Made by a program: the position numbers and the translations under genes
The notes under the pieces: model-generated
Seen by the model: only the letters and a program-made list of their open reading frames with translations
What the model was told of the DNA's origin: nothing
Databases searched by the model: none
In this document: piece after piece, positions 29,269 through 39,817 of the stretch
How the letters are laid out: each line of letters opens with the position of its first letter
Numbering within the stretch: the stretch's first letter is position 1
Assembly: GCA_944392175.1 (NCBI GenBank)
Contig: CALXVT010000003.1
Location: forward strand, 1,973-65,972
From: an uncultured Clostridia bacterium
Lineage (GTDB): Bacteria > Bacillota > Clostridia > TANB77 > CAG-508
Direction of reading: 5' to 3'
Length of the DNA: 64,000 nucleotides

Positions 29269-29320
29269 GAATATTTGTTCGCTATGATGATATTATATAA
29301 GAACATTTGTTTTTATGCAA
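29269..29320 (-). promoter_or_regulatory. Sigma-A promoter with two LexA (SOS/Cheo) boxes
   Basis: TTGCAT-17 bp-TATAAT on the minus strand; GAATATTTGTTC (29269-29280) and GAACATTTGTTT (29301-29312), each one mismatch from GAAC-N4-GTTC. Confidence 0.75.
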
Positions 29321-29449
29321 TAGTAAAATTAAATTTTTTCAATTTTATATAACAAATCGTAAAACCTTAATATTGATACGAGCTTTACCCTTTTCATATT
29401 GTATAAACAAAAAAATCAACCATAAATTATGATTGATTTTTTTATTATA

Positions 29450-31979
29450 TTATTCCGAATCTTCTTCATTTGGAACATCTTCCTCTTCTACATAAGATGT
29501 TCTGTCTTCTTCACTTGTATCCGTATTAGTATTTGTATTTGTATTGGTATTGGTATTAGTATTAGTATTGGTATTAATATTGGTATTTGAGTTGATATTA
29601 GTATTAACATTTGTATTAGTGTTTTCACCTAAATTATCATCTGTATTAGTATTACTATTTGTATTGGTATTTTCATTATTAGCATTTGAATTCAAATTAT
29701 CTTCCTCTTCTTCGTCTACAATTGTTGTAACAACATTTGTATCTATTTGTGGTTCTTCTGCGTCAATATCTTCTTTTATGTCTTCAACAATTTCTGTTTT
29801 AGAATTATCATCTTTTTCGTCTGTCTTAACTTCTGAACCACTATGTTTGTTGCATAAATCAGGAACAGTAAACATTAAGAAATATTCTGTATATGTATTT
29901 TTACATCCTGATCTAGCTTTCATACCAGTATCAGCACAAATAGTTACTTCTTGAACTAAAAATGGTTTTTCAAACTGTTTTGTTTCAAGACCTGCATGAA
30001 TTCTCGCCATTACATTTGCCCAAATAAGACCTGCAGGATTTCTTTTATTAAATTCTACAGTTTCATTTTGATCATATCCATACCATGTTACTGCAGTATA
30101 GTATGGAGTAAATCCGCATAACCATCTATCATAGTTTGAATCTGTTGTTCCTGTTTTTGCAGCAACATCCATTCCATCAATTGCACAATATGTAGCTGTA
30201 CCATTAGCACCTTTAACTGGTTGAGTTAGTAATTCTTGAACTATAAATGCAGTTTCTTTAGAAAATACTCTTCTTTTTTCCTGTTTAGGTTTCATTAAAG
30301 TTGAACCATAATGATCATTTATTTCTTCATAAAATACTGGTTCAATATATTCACCATTATTTGCTATTGTTGCATAAGCTGCTGCCATCTCTAATGGACT
30401 TATTCCTTTTTGTAATCCCCCTAATGCAAGAGCTAAATTATTATCTTCTTCTGTTAATGTAGATATTCCCATCTTCTCTAAGTAATCCATTGCAACCTTA
30501 GGTTTTAATTCCTGCATAATCTCTACAAATGGAATATTTTGTGAAGACTCAATAGCTCTTCTAACAGTTATTTCTCCTAGTTCTTTGTTATAATCATAAG
30601 GATGATATCCACCAGGAAAATCTTTGGATGTATCATCATAAATTGAAGAAGCTGTAATTATTTTTTTGTTAATTGCTGGAGCTACAACAGATAATGGCTT
30701 AATTGCCGAACCAGTTTGTCTTATACTTTGAATTGCTCTATTTAAAGAACGTGATTCTGTTTTTTCTCCAAGTCCGCCAACACATCCGTAAAACCTGTCC
30801 TGTTGTATGATCTATTACAACCATTGCTGCCTGTGATGAATCTCCTCCTTTTTTAGAAGGCTTACTATATTTACTTTTCTCCATTTCAGTTTCAATTTGA
30901 TTTTGAATTTTTTTATCTTGTGTACTTACAATTTCCAAACCTGCCATATTAATATAATTTGTTGCAAAATCAGAAGATATGTTATACTTATTACTTATGT
31001 CTCTTGTTATTTCATTAATAAGTGCATCAGTATGATATGAATATACTGCATCACTTGTTTTAATTGTACCTTTTTTAAACTTCAAACCAGCTTCCACATT
31101 TTTTATTGCTTCATCATATTCATCTTGATTAATATATTCTAACTCTAACATTTTAGAAAGCACTGTTTTGGTTCTTTTCTCTATTTTCTCAGTATTATCT
31201 TTTTCTCCAAATGGATTATATGAATTTGGCGAATTATTTATACCAGCTAAAAAAGCACATTCTGCTAAACTTAAATCTTCGCAATCTTTATTAAAATAAT
31301 ATTTGCTTCCAGCTCCTACTCCATATACACCATTACCAACATAAATTATATTTAGATATGTTTCTAATATTTCATCTTTATTAGAAATACATTCAAGATT
31401 CCATGCTTTCCACCATTCTTTAACTTTTCTTATAATACTATCTGTATTATCTCCTGTCATATTTTTAACTAATTGTTGAGTAATTGTGCTTCCTCCATAA
31501 GAAGAAGAGCCAAAATGAAATATATAATTAACTATAGCAGAACCAGTTCTTTTTATATCTACTCCACTATGATCATAAAATCTTTCATCTTCTATTGAAA
31601 CATATGCATTTTTTAAATTATTTGGAATTTCTGAGCCTTCTACTTTTATTTGTTTTCTCTCACTTCCTAATACAGCTAGTTTGTTATCATTACTATCTAC
31701 TATAACTGAGTTTTCATTAACTAGCATTTCTTTTGCAATCTTTCTCCACGAATGAGCAGAAACGGCTAGACTAATTCCTGATATAATAATTAATATTAAA
31801 ATTATAAAAAATATAATTAGTTTAACTCTTTTGTTTAAAGGTTTCTTAACTTTTTTATTCTTCTTAAATCTTGAAGTTTTACCTTTAGGAATAGTATCTT
31901 TTTCATTTTCTCTTTCTCTTCTAAAGGCTTTAGGAACAAATTCCTCTTCTTCTTGATTTTTTATCCTTTTTGCTTTCAT
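29450..31979 (-). pseudogene. Class A penicillin-binding protein (PBP1A family) interrupted by a +1 frameshift at ~30788
   Basis: Upstream ORF has transglycosylase motifs (EDERFYDHSG, GGSTITQQLVKN, RKVKE). Skipping one base in TTA-C-GGA restores GQVLGCVGG...GSAIKP (SxxK)...SQN (SxN), joining in frame the downstream ORF that carries KTG; repaired length 842 aa. Confidence 0.75.
29520..29680 (-). repeat. Asn-Thr dipeptide low-complexity repeat in the PBP C-terminal tail
   Basis: Imperfect hexamer repeats (gtattg/gtatta/gtattt on the + strand) encoding NTNTNT. Confidence 0.8.
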
Positions 31980-32040
31980 ATATCCACTCTTTTCCTTTAT
32001 TAGTAAAATATATTATTTATATGTAAAATAAATGTTCATA

Positions 32041-32442
32041 TTATAATTCTTTAGAAAAATATACAATATTGTCTGTTTCGGTAAATCCAGCAAAATTGTA
32101 AAATTCTCTTTTTTGTTTTTCTTCTGCTAAACAAGTAACTGCAAAAGTTTTGCAACCTTTATCTTTAGCCCATTTTTCACATCTATTTAATAATCTTTTA
32201 TCTATACCTTTATTTTTATATGTTTGCTTTAAAGTTATTTGATTTAATGTTCCTATTGGTTCTAATGATTTTTCATCATTAATAGAACAAATTGCAAAAC
32301 CAACAGGTATATCATTTTCATAGTCTATAAATACAGCTTCATTATAGCTAGTTAAACTTTTACGAATTTCTCCTTCAATATTTTTATTATCTGCTAGAGA
32401 AAGAATTAATTCAAAATCACTTATTTTTGCTTCTTTAATCAT
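32041..32442 (-). CDS. GNAT acetyltransferase (AAC(6')-I-like fold)
   Basis: YKNKGIDKRLL...CEKWAKDKGC...FYNFAGF GNAT motifs. Confidence 0.7.
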   Translation of the reverse strand: MIKEAKISDFELILSLADNKNIEGEIRKSLTSYNEAVFIDYENDIPVGFAICSINDEKSLEPIGTLNQITLKQTYKNKGIDKRLLNRCEKWAKDKGCKTFAVTCLAEEKQKREFYNFAGFTETDNIVYFSKEL

Positions 32443-32599
32443 ATGTACTCCTCCTTTTACATCTGTACTATACCAAAAAATAACTTTTTTTACAATAGCA
32501 TAATTTTTAAATATTTATTAACATTATATTAAATTAATCTTACTTAGAAGAATACAAAACAAAAAGCAGATCATTATGATCTGCTATAATATAATTTTC

Positions 32600-33643
32600 C
32601 TAAATTGTTTCTTTTATAATACCTCCACCTATAACAACATCATCTATATAAAATACCGCTGACTGACCTGGTGTTAAAGCTTTTTCTGGTTTAAGGAAAT
32701 TAATCTTTATCATTTTATTATCTAACTCTTGTAATATTGCTTCAGATTCTCTTGTAGAATACCTTGTTTTAACTTTTACATGTAAGTTTTCTATATCAAT
32801 ATCTTTTATTAAAATATTTACATTATCTATTATAGCACAATCCTTATATGCCTCTTCTTTTGTTCCTACAATAACTTCATTATTTCTAATATTAAATCCT
32901 ATAACAAATAATGGTTCTTTATATGAAATACCTAAACCTTTTCTTTGTCCAATAGTATAGTTATATAATCCAGAATGCTTACCTAAAACTGTTCCATCTT
33001 GTAATACTATATTTCCTATTTTTGGTTTTAAATCTGAATTGTTTTCTAAAAATCTTTTATAATTTCCATCTGGAATAAAACATATATCTTCACTATCTGG
33101 CTTATTTGCAACCATATTAAAATTATTGTCACTAGCAATTTTTCTAATTTCATCCTTTGTTTTAAATTTACCAAGAGGGAAAATTATATGTTCTAACATA
33201 TCCTCTGGTAATGTATATAAAACATAAGATTGATCCTTACCTATTGCATCTCCCTTTTTTAAAACATATTGTTTATATTTATTACTATATTCAATATTTG
33301 CATAATGACCTGTTGCCAAATAATCACAACCTAGCTCTTTTGCTTTATCAAACATAGCTCCAAATTTTAATTTTCTATTACATTCTATACATGGATTAGG
33401 AGTTTTAGCATTAGCATAACATTTTATAAAATTATCTATAACATATTTTTTAAATTCACTTTTTAAATCAACAAAATGATGTTCTATTCCAAGTTCTTTA
33501 CATACAGCTTTTGCATCTGTATCATCAGTTTCTTTTGATAATGCCATAGTAATTCCTATAACTTCATATCCTTCTTTTTGTAAAAGAATAGCCGATACGC
33601 TACTATCAACTCCTCCACTCATTCCTAATAAAACCTTTTTCAT
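32600..33643 (-). CDS. mnmA: tRNA-specific 2-thiouridylase MnmA
   Basis: MSGGVDSS, TPNPCIECN, ATGHYA, KDQSY, DSEDICF, TIGQRKGLG, TPGQSAVFY. Confidence 0.95.
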   Translation of the reverse strand: MKKVLLGMSGGVDSSVSAILLQKEGYEVIGITMALSKETDDTDAKAVCKELGIEHHFVDLKSEFKKYVIDNFIKCYANAKTPNPCIECNRKLKFGAMFDKAKELGCDYLATGHYANIEYSNKYKQYVLKKGDAIGKDQSYVLYTLPEDMLEHIIFPLGKFKTKDEIRKIASDNNFNMVANKPDSEDICFIPDGNYKRFLENNSDLKPKIGNIVLQDGTVLGKHSGLYNYTIGQRKGLGISYKEPLFVIGFNIRNNEVIVGTKEEAYKDCAIIDNVNILIKDIDIENLHVKVKTRYSTRESEAILQELDNKMIKINFLKPEKALTPGQSAVFYIDDVVIGGGIIKETI

Positions 33644-33767
33644 AATTCCTCCTAAAATTCTTTTAATATTTTAGCACATTATACAAAGTTTCTCAATAAA
33701 TATGGAAACTATTGTTAAACATTCATTTTTGTAGTATAATATTTATGTTAAGTACTAGGAGGTAATT

Positions 33768-35579
33768 ATGAATCTAAGCTCATTTGAACGAAACATGAAA
33801 AATGCTGAAAATTTTTCAAAAGGAATTGTAGTAAAAGATGGAAAAAGTATAAATAAAATAATTGAAAAAATATATAAATTCATTCAAAAAAAGAAAAAAG
33901 AAAATCCAGAATTAACGAGAGACGAACTATTAAGTGAATATGACAAATTCAATGAACGATTAGTAGATGCAGGAGTTGCAAATGCTGATGTATTAAGCTA
34001 TATAAGTGAATATAATGCTTGTTTATATTTAAAACAACATCCACAAAAATTTAAAGAAATAAATGATTATATAGAAAAGAACAATTTATCATGTGAAAAC
34101 GATTTTTTTATGCATAGTAATACTTTTGAAGAAAACTTAATTAATTTTACTTTATTAGCAAGACATTTAACCGCAAGACATATAGAAGAAACTTCTGATG
34201 TTTTACCATCATATTTACAAAATATAATATCGGACAATTCTAAGACTCCGTCAAAAAGAGATGAAGAAATAACAAAAGCTGTCGCAAATTTTCCAATAAT
34301 TCAAAAGAAAATGATATTAGATGTTGCTAGAATTCATCTTCATGGAGTAAATTATTTTATGAAAGATCATGATTTAGAAATTGAAAGAGATTTGAAATCG
34401 GTTTTATCTGAATCAACACATGAAATATACTCATTATTAGATGATCTAGGATTTATTGATGATTGGATGGAAACCGAAAATTCACAATTTGCAAAATGTG
34501 CAATACCAGAAATGAAAATAGATAAAAAAACAATTGATAGTCAATTATCTATACAATCACTTAAAGCTTTAAAAACAACAGATTTAATAGGAATACATAT
34601 TATGTATGTAAATAGATTATTCCATGTTTTAGAAAATTATTCTAGAGCCAAATTTCTTATAGATGAATATAATTTAGAGCCATTACTAACTGATGGTGAA
34701 GCAGCACCTCAATTAGAAAGAGAAAATATAAGGTTTGCATTAATAAAAATGGATTTCTTCTATTATCCAACTGATGCATATTATGTCGAAAATGACGAAC
34801 AACTTAGAGAATTAGAAATAAAAGGTGAACTTGAATTAGATGAAAATAATACTTATAGCTATTCTTTAGAGCCTCTAATCGAACAAGTCAGATTACAATA
34901 TGGAAAAAAATACAAAGAGTATTTTTCTGAACTATTACCATGTTCTGATAATGATATAGGAGAAGATTTATCAAGATATTCATATTTTGCAAATACAATT
35001 TATCATTTAAAAAATTCTAAAAATCAAAGTAGTCTATCACTTATAAGTCTTTTAACTTTATATGGTGATAAATCAAATTATGGAATTGTTCTTGATAATC
35101 TTTCTGAAGATGGAACATATGGTGAAATAAGACATTTTACGGATTTTATGGTTGATATAAATTCAATCTCACCAGTAAATATACATATGAATACTGGCGT
35201 TTTAAGAGACTTTATGAGAGAATATCTTAATACTTCAATAATTCCAATATATGCAGGAAATGAAGATTGGAAAATGTTAGATGGTAAAGTGATGAAATCT
35301 CATCTAATGATGCCATGGAATAAAAGTTTAAAGAAAACAATTAAAACTTCATCAAAAACTAATAAAAAAGCTAATGTTAGAACTCTTAATCATCTTAGAG
35401 CTTTATCTGATGAAAAAGCGTTGCCTATTCATTTAAAAGCTTCTCCAAAAGATAAGGATATACAAAGAAGATATTTTAATATGGATAGTAATTCAATTTT
35501 AGAAAAAGTTGGTGGAATATACGTAAAAACACTTCCACAAGGAGATACTCAAGGAGATGATATAAGAAGTGATAGATGA
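33768..35579 (+). CDS. Hypothetical protein (603 aa)
   Basis: Long ORF with AGGAGGT RBS; no recognised motif. Confidence 0.75.
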   Translation: MNLSSFERNMKNAENFSKGIVVKDGKSINKIIEKIYKFIQKKKKENPELTRDELLSEYDKFNERLVDAGVANADVLSYISEYNACLYLKQHPQKFKEINDYIEKNNLSCENDFFMHSNTFEENLINFTLLARHLTARHIEETSDVLPSYLQNIISDNSKTPSKRDEEITKAVANFPIIQKKMILDVARIHLHGVNYFMKDHDLEIERDLKSVLSESTHEIYSLLDDLGFIDDWMETENSQFAKCAIPEMKIDKKTIDSQLSIQSLKALKTTDLIGIHIMYVNRLFHVLENYSRAKFLIDEYNLEPLLTDGEAAPQLERENIRFALIKMDFFYYPTDAYYVENDEQLRELEIKGELELDENNTYSYSLEPLIEQVRLQYGKKYKEYFSELLPCSDNDIGEDLSRYSYFANTIYHLKNSKNQSSLSLISLLTLYGDKSNYGIVLDNLSEDGTYGEIRHFTDFMVDINSISPVNIHMNTGVLRDFMREYLNTSIIPIYAGNEDWKMLDGKVMKSHLMMPWNKSLKKTIKTSSKTNKKANVRTLNHLRALSDEKALPIHLKASPKDKDIQRRYFNMDSNSILEKVGGIYVKTLPQGDTQGDDIRSDR

Positions 35580-35859
35580 TAAAAAATTAAGAGAACAATT
35601 TAAAAATAAAAATTATGTTTATTGTATAAATGCATTGCGAAAAGAAATAAAACAAAAGTTAATATCAAGATTAAATATAATCCGTCCAGGATACAAATAT
35701 AAAAACTTAAAAGAATTAAAAACAAATTGCTATAAATATCTTAATGACGATGAAAAAAAATATATTTCTATGCTTTGTAGATATGCTGAAAAAGAATATC
35801 CAGAAAAACAAGAATTAGCTTCATTGTTGGATATATATTCTAAATATTGCAAAAAATAA
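35569..35859 (+). CDS. Small basic hypothetical protein
   Basis: GTG start overlapping the end of the 603-aa gene; AGGAG RBS. Confidence 0.6.
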   Translation: MIDDKKLREQFKNKNYVYCINALRKEIKQKLISRLNIIRPGYKYKNLKELKTNCYKYLNDDEKKYISMLCRYAEKEYPEKQELASLLDIYSKYCKK

Positions 35860-35904
35860 TGTTATACATAAAAGTATAACATTATTTTTTTGTTCTTTTC
35901 TAAA

Positions 35905-36216
35905 TTAAAATATCTCATTAATAATATCTTGTTTAGTATGTAATCCAATTAATGTATTTCTAACAGCTCCAGACTTAAACAATAACAATGTAGGTATTGA
36001 ATTAATATCATACTTTGTAGCTAATTCTGGTTCATCATCAACATTTACTTTTCCAACAATTATAGATGGAGTCTCCTCTGCGATTTCATCAATAATTGGC
36101 CCCATCATTCTACACGGTCCGCACCAAGGTGCCCAAAAATCAACTAAAACTGGATCTGTAGATTTTAAAACAACTTCCTCAAAATTTTCATTTGTTATTT
36201 CTATTGGTTTGCCCAT
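35905..36216 (-). CDS. trxA: Thioredoxin
   Basis: VDFWAPWCGPC motif. Confidence 0.93.
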   Translation of the reverse strand: MGKPIEITNENFEEVVLKSTDPVLVDFWAPWCGPCRMMGPIIDEIAEETPSIIVGKVNVDDEPELATKYDINSIPTLLLFKSGAVRNTLIGLHTKQDIINEIF

Positions 36217-36228
36217 ATAAAAACCTCC

Positions 36229-37092
36229 TTATATATTTTTTACTTTTTTGGCGATACTTAATCCACTTTTTGCACCATCATAAACTGCTTTGCTTATTTG
36301 TAGTAATCCACCTGTGCAATCACCTGCCGCATAAATTCCAGGAATATTTGTTTGCATATTTTCATCAACTTTAATATTGTTATTATCTAAAAATATCCCA
36401 AGTTTTTTTGCAAAATCAACACTACTTGCAGTCCCTTCTGCAATAAATATTCCATCAATATCATATTCTGTATTATCTTCTAATACAATTTTGCTTGCTT
36501 TTTCTTTTCCTTTTATAGCATCAATTTTTCCTTCAATATAATTTGTAATTTCAACACTTCTATTTTGTGGTAATTCTCTACCATTTGTAAATATAGTTAC
36601 ATCATCAGAAATATTTTTTAATATTTCTGCTTCGTGGATAGCGTATTCCCCACTTCCTATTACTGCTATTTTTTTGTTCTTGTAGAAAAATCCGTCACAA
36701 ATTGCACAATAACTAATTCCTCTTCCCTCAAATTCTTTAACTCCTCTTATATTAGCAGGATTTCTACTTTTACCAGTTGCAAGTAAAATTGTTTTAGCTT
36801 CATATTCAGAATTTACAGTTATAACAGCAAAAGTATTATTATTCCATTTAATATCTACTACTTCATCATTTTTTATATCTATATTTTGTTTCTTTGCTTG
36901 TTTAATTCCATTTTCAAACAATTCTTCCCCTGAAATAGGATTTTCAAAGCCATAATAGTTTTCAATTAAATGAGCTTTTTTTAAAGCAGTATCATCTTTA
37001 CCAATAACAAGTACTTTTAAATTTGATCTACTAATATATATTGCACCACTTATTCCAGCTGGGCCTTTTCCAATTATAATACAATCATACAT
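36229..37092 (-). CDS. trxB: Thioredoxin reductase
   Basis: GKGPAG, GISYCAICDG (CxxC), GIYAAGD; adjacent to trxA. Confidence 0.85.
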   Translation of the reverse strand: MYDCIIIGKGPAGISGAIYISRSNLKVLVIGKDDTALKKAHLIENYYGFENPISGEELFENGIKQAKKQNIDIKNDEVVDIKWNNNTFAVITVNSEYEAKTILLATGKSRNPANIRGVKEFEGRGISYCAICDGFFYKNKKIAVIGSGEYAIHEAEILKNISDDVTIFTNGRELPQNRSVEITNYIEGKIDAIKGKEKASKIVLEDNTEYDIDGIFIAEGTASSVDFAKKLGIFLDNNNIKVDENMQTNIPGIYAAGDCTGGLLQISKAVYDGAKSGLSIAKKVKNI

Positions 37093-37120
37093 ATATATTC
37101 CTCCATATTTGAAATGGATT

Positions 37121-38467
37121 TTAATTTATATTAGCTAATGTTCCCATTGGATCCCATGGTTCTAATTCCATATAATATTTATTTTCATTGTATGCTTCTA
37201 ATTCTTCAGGTTTTAAATGTTTCTTATTTATAACAACTTGATAAACATATGAATTAAACCAATCATCTGTTAAAACAAAAATTCCTTTATTACCAGGATC
37301 ATTTCCCCATGAGTTTTCTACCTTCCAACGACTTCCTTTCCAATTGTCGTCTAAATTAACACCCAAAAACATCATTGCATGTGTCATACAACTTTCTCTA
37401 TATTCAAGTTTTGTAGCTTTATCCATTTTATCTTCAAAGTTTATAATATCTTGAACATTAAATAAATTACGTGACATTATTCCTAAACTTCTAGAAGATT
37501 CTTGACCAACATCACTACCAAAAAACACTGGAACTCCATCTGTTAATTGAGCTACTGCCATTTCTTTTAATCTATTTATTGGTAAATTTAAATAAGTAAT
37601 TCTATTACCATCTGCAACATTTCCAATGTAATTTACAGTATATTTTTTATAATAAGGTCTATCTTCGTTTGGTGCATTTATAATGCTAATGTAATCATCC
37701 AAATTTAAATCTTTAATATATTTATCATAAAATTCCATTGGTGTAATATTTGAATCCCTATAAAATTCATCTTTTTTATTTGTATATTCAAAATCAAATT
37801 TAACAGGTGGCTTACCAAAAGCTGTACACAAAATTCCATATATCTTTTCCACCATATCTAATTTTTGTTCTTCTATTTTATCTAAACTAGTTCCATTTTT
37901 ATAATTAGTTCTTAATATATATGCAAAGTTTCTTAAAACTCTTTTTAAAATTTTGTTAATTTCTGCTGTATTAGAAGAATTATAAGTTTCCGGCATAGCA
38001 CTCTTTGGAACAATTCCATATTTCTTAATTATATTTAAGAACATATCCCATTGGCCACCATCATTTATTGGATTATCTAAAAAGAATGTTACATGTCTAT
38101 CTGTTGTATCTCTATCTATAGTATTTATAATACAATTTAAAAAGAAATTACATTTTTCTAATTTGTCATAAAAAGCTACATAATTTTGGGATAATTCAAT
38201 ATTTTTGATGTTTAATTTTTTTATTAAAAAGTATCTTATAAAATTAGTTGAAGCAAAAATCCAACATCTTCCACTACGTTTTTGATTAGTAATATCACCT
38301 TGTTTTAAATCAACAGAAAATTCATATCTTGTATTTCTAATTTCTTCATAATTTTCACAAGAATAAAAAAATCCATTTTTTGTAACAGAATTTGTAATTA
38401 CCTTGTTTTCAACAGAGTTAAAATCTTTTTCAAATTTTTTTAATTTTTCTTTAGAAATATTTTTCAT
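37121..38467 (-). CDS. pepC: Aminopeptidase C (bleomycin hydrolase family, C1B)
   Basis: NQKRSGRCWIFA, DGGQW, MTHAM, WKVENSWG, WDPMGTLA. Confidence 0.93.
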   Translation of the reverse strand: MKNISKEKLKKFEKDFNSVENKVITNSVTKNGFFYSCENYEEIRNTRYEFSVDLKQGDITNQKRSGRCWIFASTNFIRYFLIKKLNIKNIELSQNYVAFYDKLEKCNFFLNCIINTIDRDTTDRHVTFFLDNPINDGGQWDMFLNIIKKYGIVPKSAMPETYNSSNTAEINKILKRVLRNFAYILRTNYKNGTSLDKIEEQKLDMVEKIYGILCTAFGKPPVKFDFEYTNKKDEFYRDSNITPMEFYDKYIKDLNLDDYISIINAPNEDRPYYKKYTVNYIGNVADGNRITYLNLPINRLKEMAVAQLTDGVPVFFGSDVGQESSRSLGIMSRNLFNVQDIINFEDKMDKATKLEYRESCMTHAMMFLGVNLDDNWKGSRWKVENSWGNDPGNKGIFVLTDDWFNSYVYQVVINKKHLKPEELEAYNENKYYMELEPWDPMGTLANIN

Positions 38468-38533
38468 ATGTATATTCTTCCTTTCTTTTGTTTAATTGTT
38501 AAGGGCGATAAAATTCGCCCTTAATATAATAAT

Positions 38534-39712
38534 TTAACCAATTAACTCATTGTGTAATTGTTCTAAAATATTATCACCTAATTTATCTTTAAATATTATT
38601 CTTATTTTAGACTCATTTGTTTGAATGTTCAAAATTTCTAAAGCATTTGTATCTAATATTTTCATTGTTTTAGTTATTATATCAGAATCATTCATAATTC
38701 CATATCCTATTATAGATATTTTACTAATATTTTTATATGAACAATCTAATTTAGGATATTCTGTAGTGATAACATTTTCAAATTTATTAAACTCAGCAGC
38801 TTTTATTGTAAATTGAATTTCCAAAGTAGATGTACTTTTATTAATAATATTATTTATAAATATATTATTAGCTAATAACTTTCTATATATTCGATTTATC
38901 ATTCTTGGAGTATAAACTTCTTGTTTCGCAGTTACTAAAATAATATTATCATTTTTTACTATACTTTTTACTTTAGTATCTTCAATTTTTTCATTTATTA
39001 CACTACCAGGTCTATTATTAAATGTTGATTTAGTTATAATAGGAATATTAAATCTTTTTCCTATTTCAACACATCTATTATGCAAAACTTTTGCACCTTC
39101 ATTAGAAATATCTTGCATTTCTTCATATGATAATTCAGGTATTTTTTTTGCGTCTTGTATTTTGTTTGGATCTGTAGAATATACACCATCAACATCAGAA
39201 AAAATATAGCATTTATCTGCCTTTAGTGCTGCTGCTACTGCTACTGCCGTTGTGTCAGATCCTCCTCTTCCAAATGTTGTTATATCACCTTTTTCGTTAA
39301 TTCCTTGAAATCCTGCTATTATAACAATCTTTCTTTCCGCAAGTTCTTTTTCTATTCTTGATGTATCTATGCTCTCTACTACTGCTGATTGATTAGTAGG
39401 GCTTGTATAAATTCCAGCTTGCCATCCTGTAAGTGATATCGCTGGATATCCTAATCTATTAAGCAAAATACTTAGCTTAGACATAGAAATTTGCTCTCCT
39501 GCGCTAAGCAAGGTATCTAATTCTCTTTCATTTGGTACATTACTTAATTCATGTGCTTCTCTTAATAGATTATCCGTAGTTTTTCCTTGTGCTGATACTA
39601 CAACTACTACATTGTTTTCCTTATAAAATTCTTTAATTTTTTCAGCTACAATATTTAATTTAATATTGTCTGAAACTGAACTCCCTCCAAATTTTAATAC
39701 TATTGTGTCCAT
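38534..39712 (-). CDS. lysC: Aspartate kinase
   Basis: LKFGGSS, VVVVSAQG, TFGRGGSDTTA, DVDGVYSTDP; C-terminal ACT-like region. Confidence 0.9.
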   Translation of the reverse strand: MDTIVLKFGGSSVSDNIKLNIVAEKIKEFYKENNVVVVVSAQGKTTDNLLREAHELSNVPNERELDTLLSAGEQISMSKLSILLNRLGYPAISLTGWQAGIYTSPTNQSAVVESIDTSRIEKELAERKIVIIAGFQGINEKGDITTFGRGGSDTTAVAVAAALKADKCYIFSDVDGVYSTDPNKIQDAKKIPELSYEEMQDISNEGAKVLHNRCVEIGKRFNIPIITKSTFNNRPGSVINEKIEDTKVKSIVKNDNIILVTAKQEVYTPRMINRIYRKLLANNIFINNIINKSTSTLEIQFTIKAAEFNKFENVITTEYPKLDCSYKNISKISIIGYGIMNDSDIITKTMKILDTNALEILNIQTNESKIRIIFKDKLGDNILEQLHNELIG

Positions 39713-39817
39713 AATGGTACACCTCTTTTATAATAATGTAAGAAATCTATTTAATTAAATAGTATCTCTTTATAATATATGAAAATAATTGTATTTTAGA
39801 TACTTTGTATCATACAA

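Noticed and set aside
32041-32442. Aminoglycoside resistance gene aac(6')
   Set aside because: Only general GNAT similarity; the acetyl-CoA motif is partly degenerate and the substrate cannot be inferred
39713-39817. Possible lysine riboswitch upstream of the aspartokinase gene
   Set aside because: The intergenic region is only ~105 bp, AT-rich, and lacks the L-box consensus
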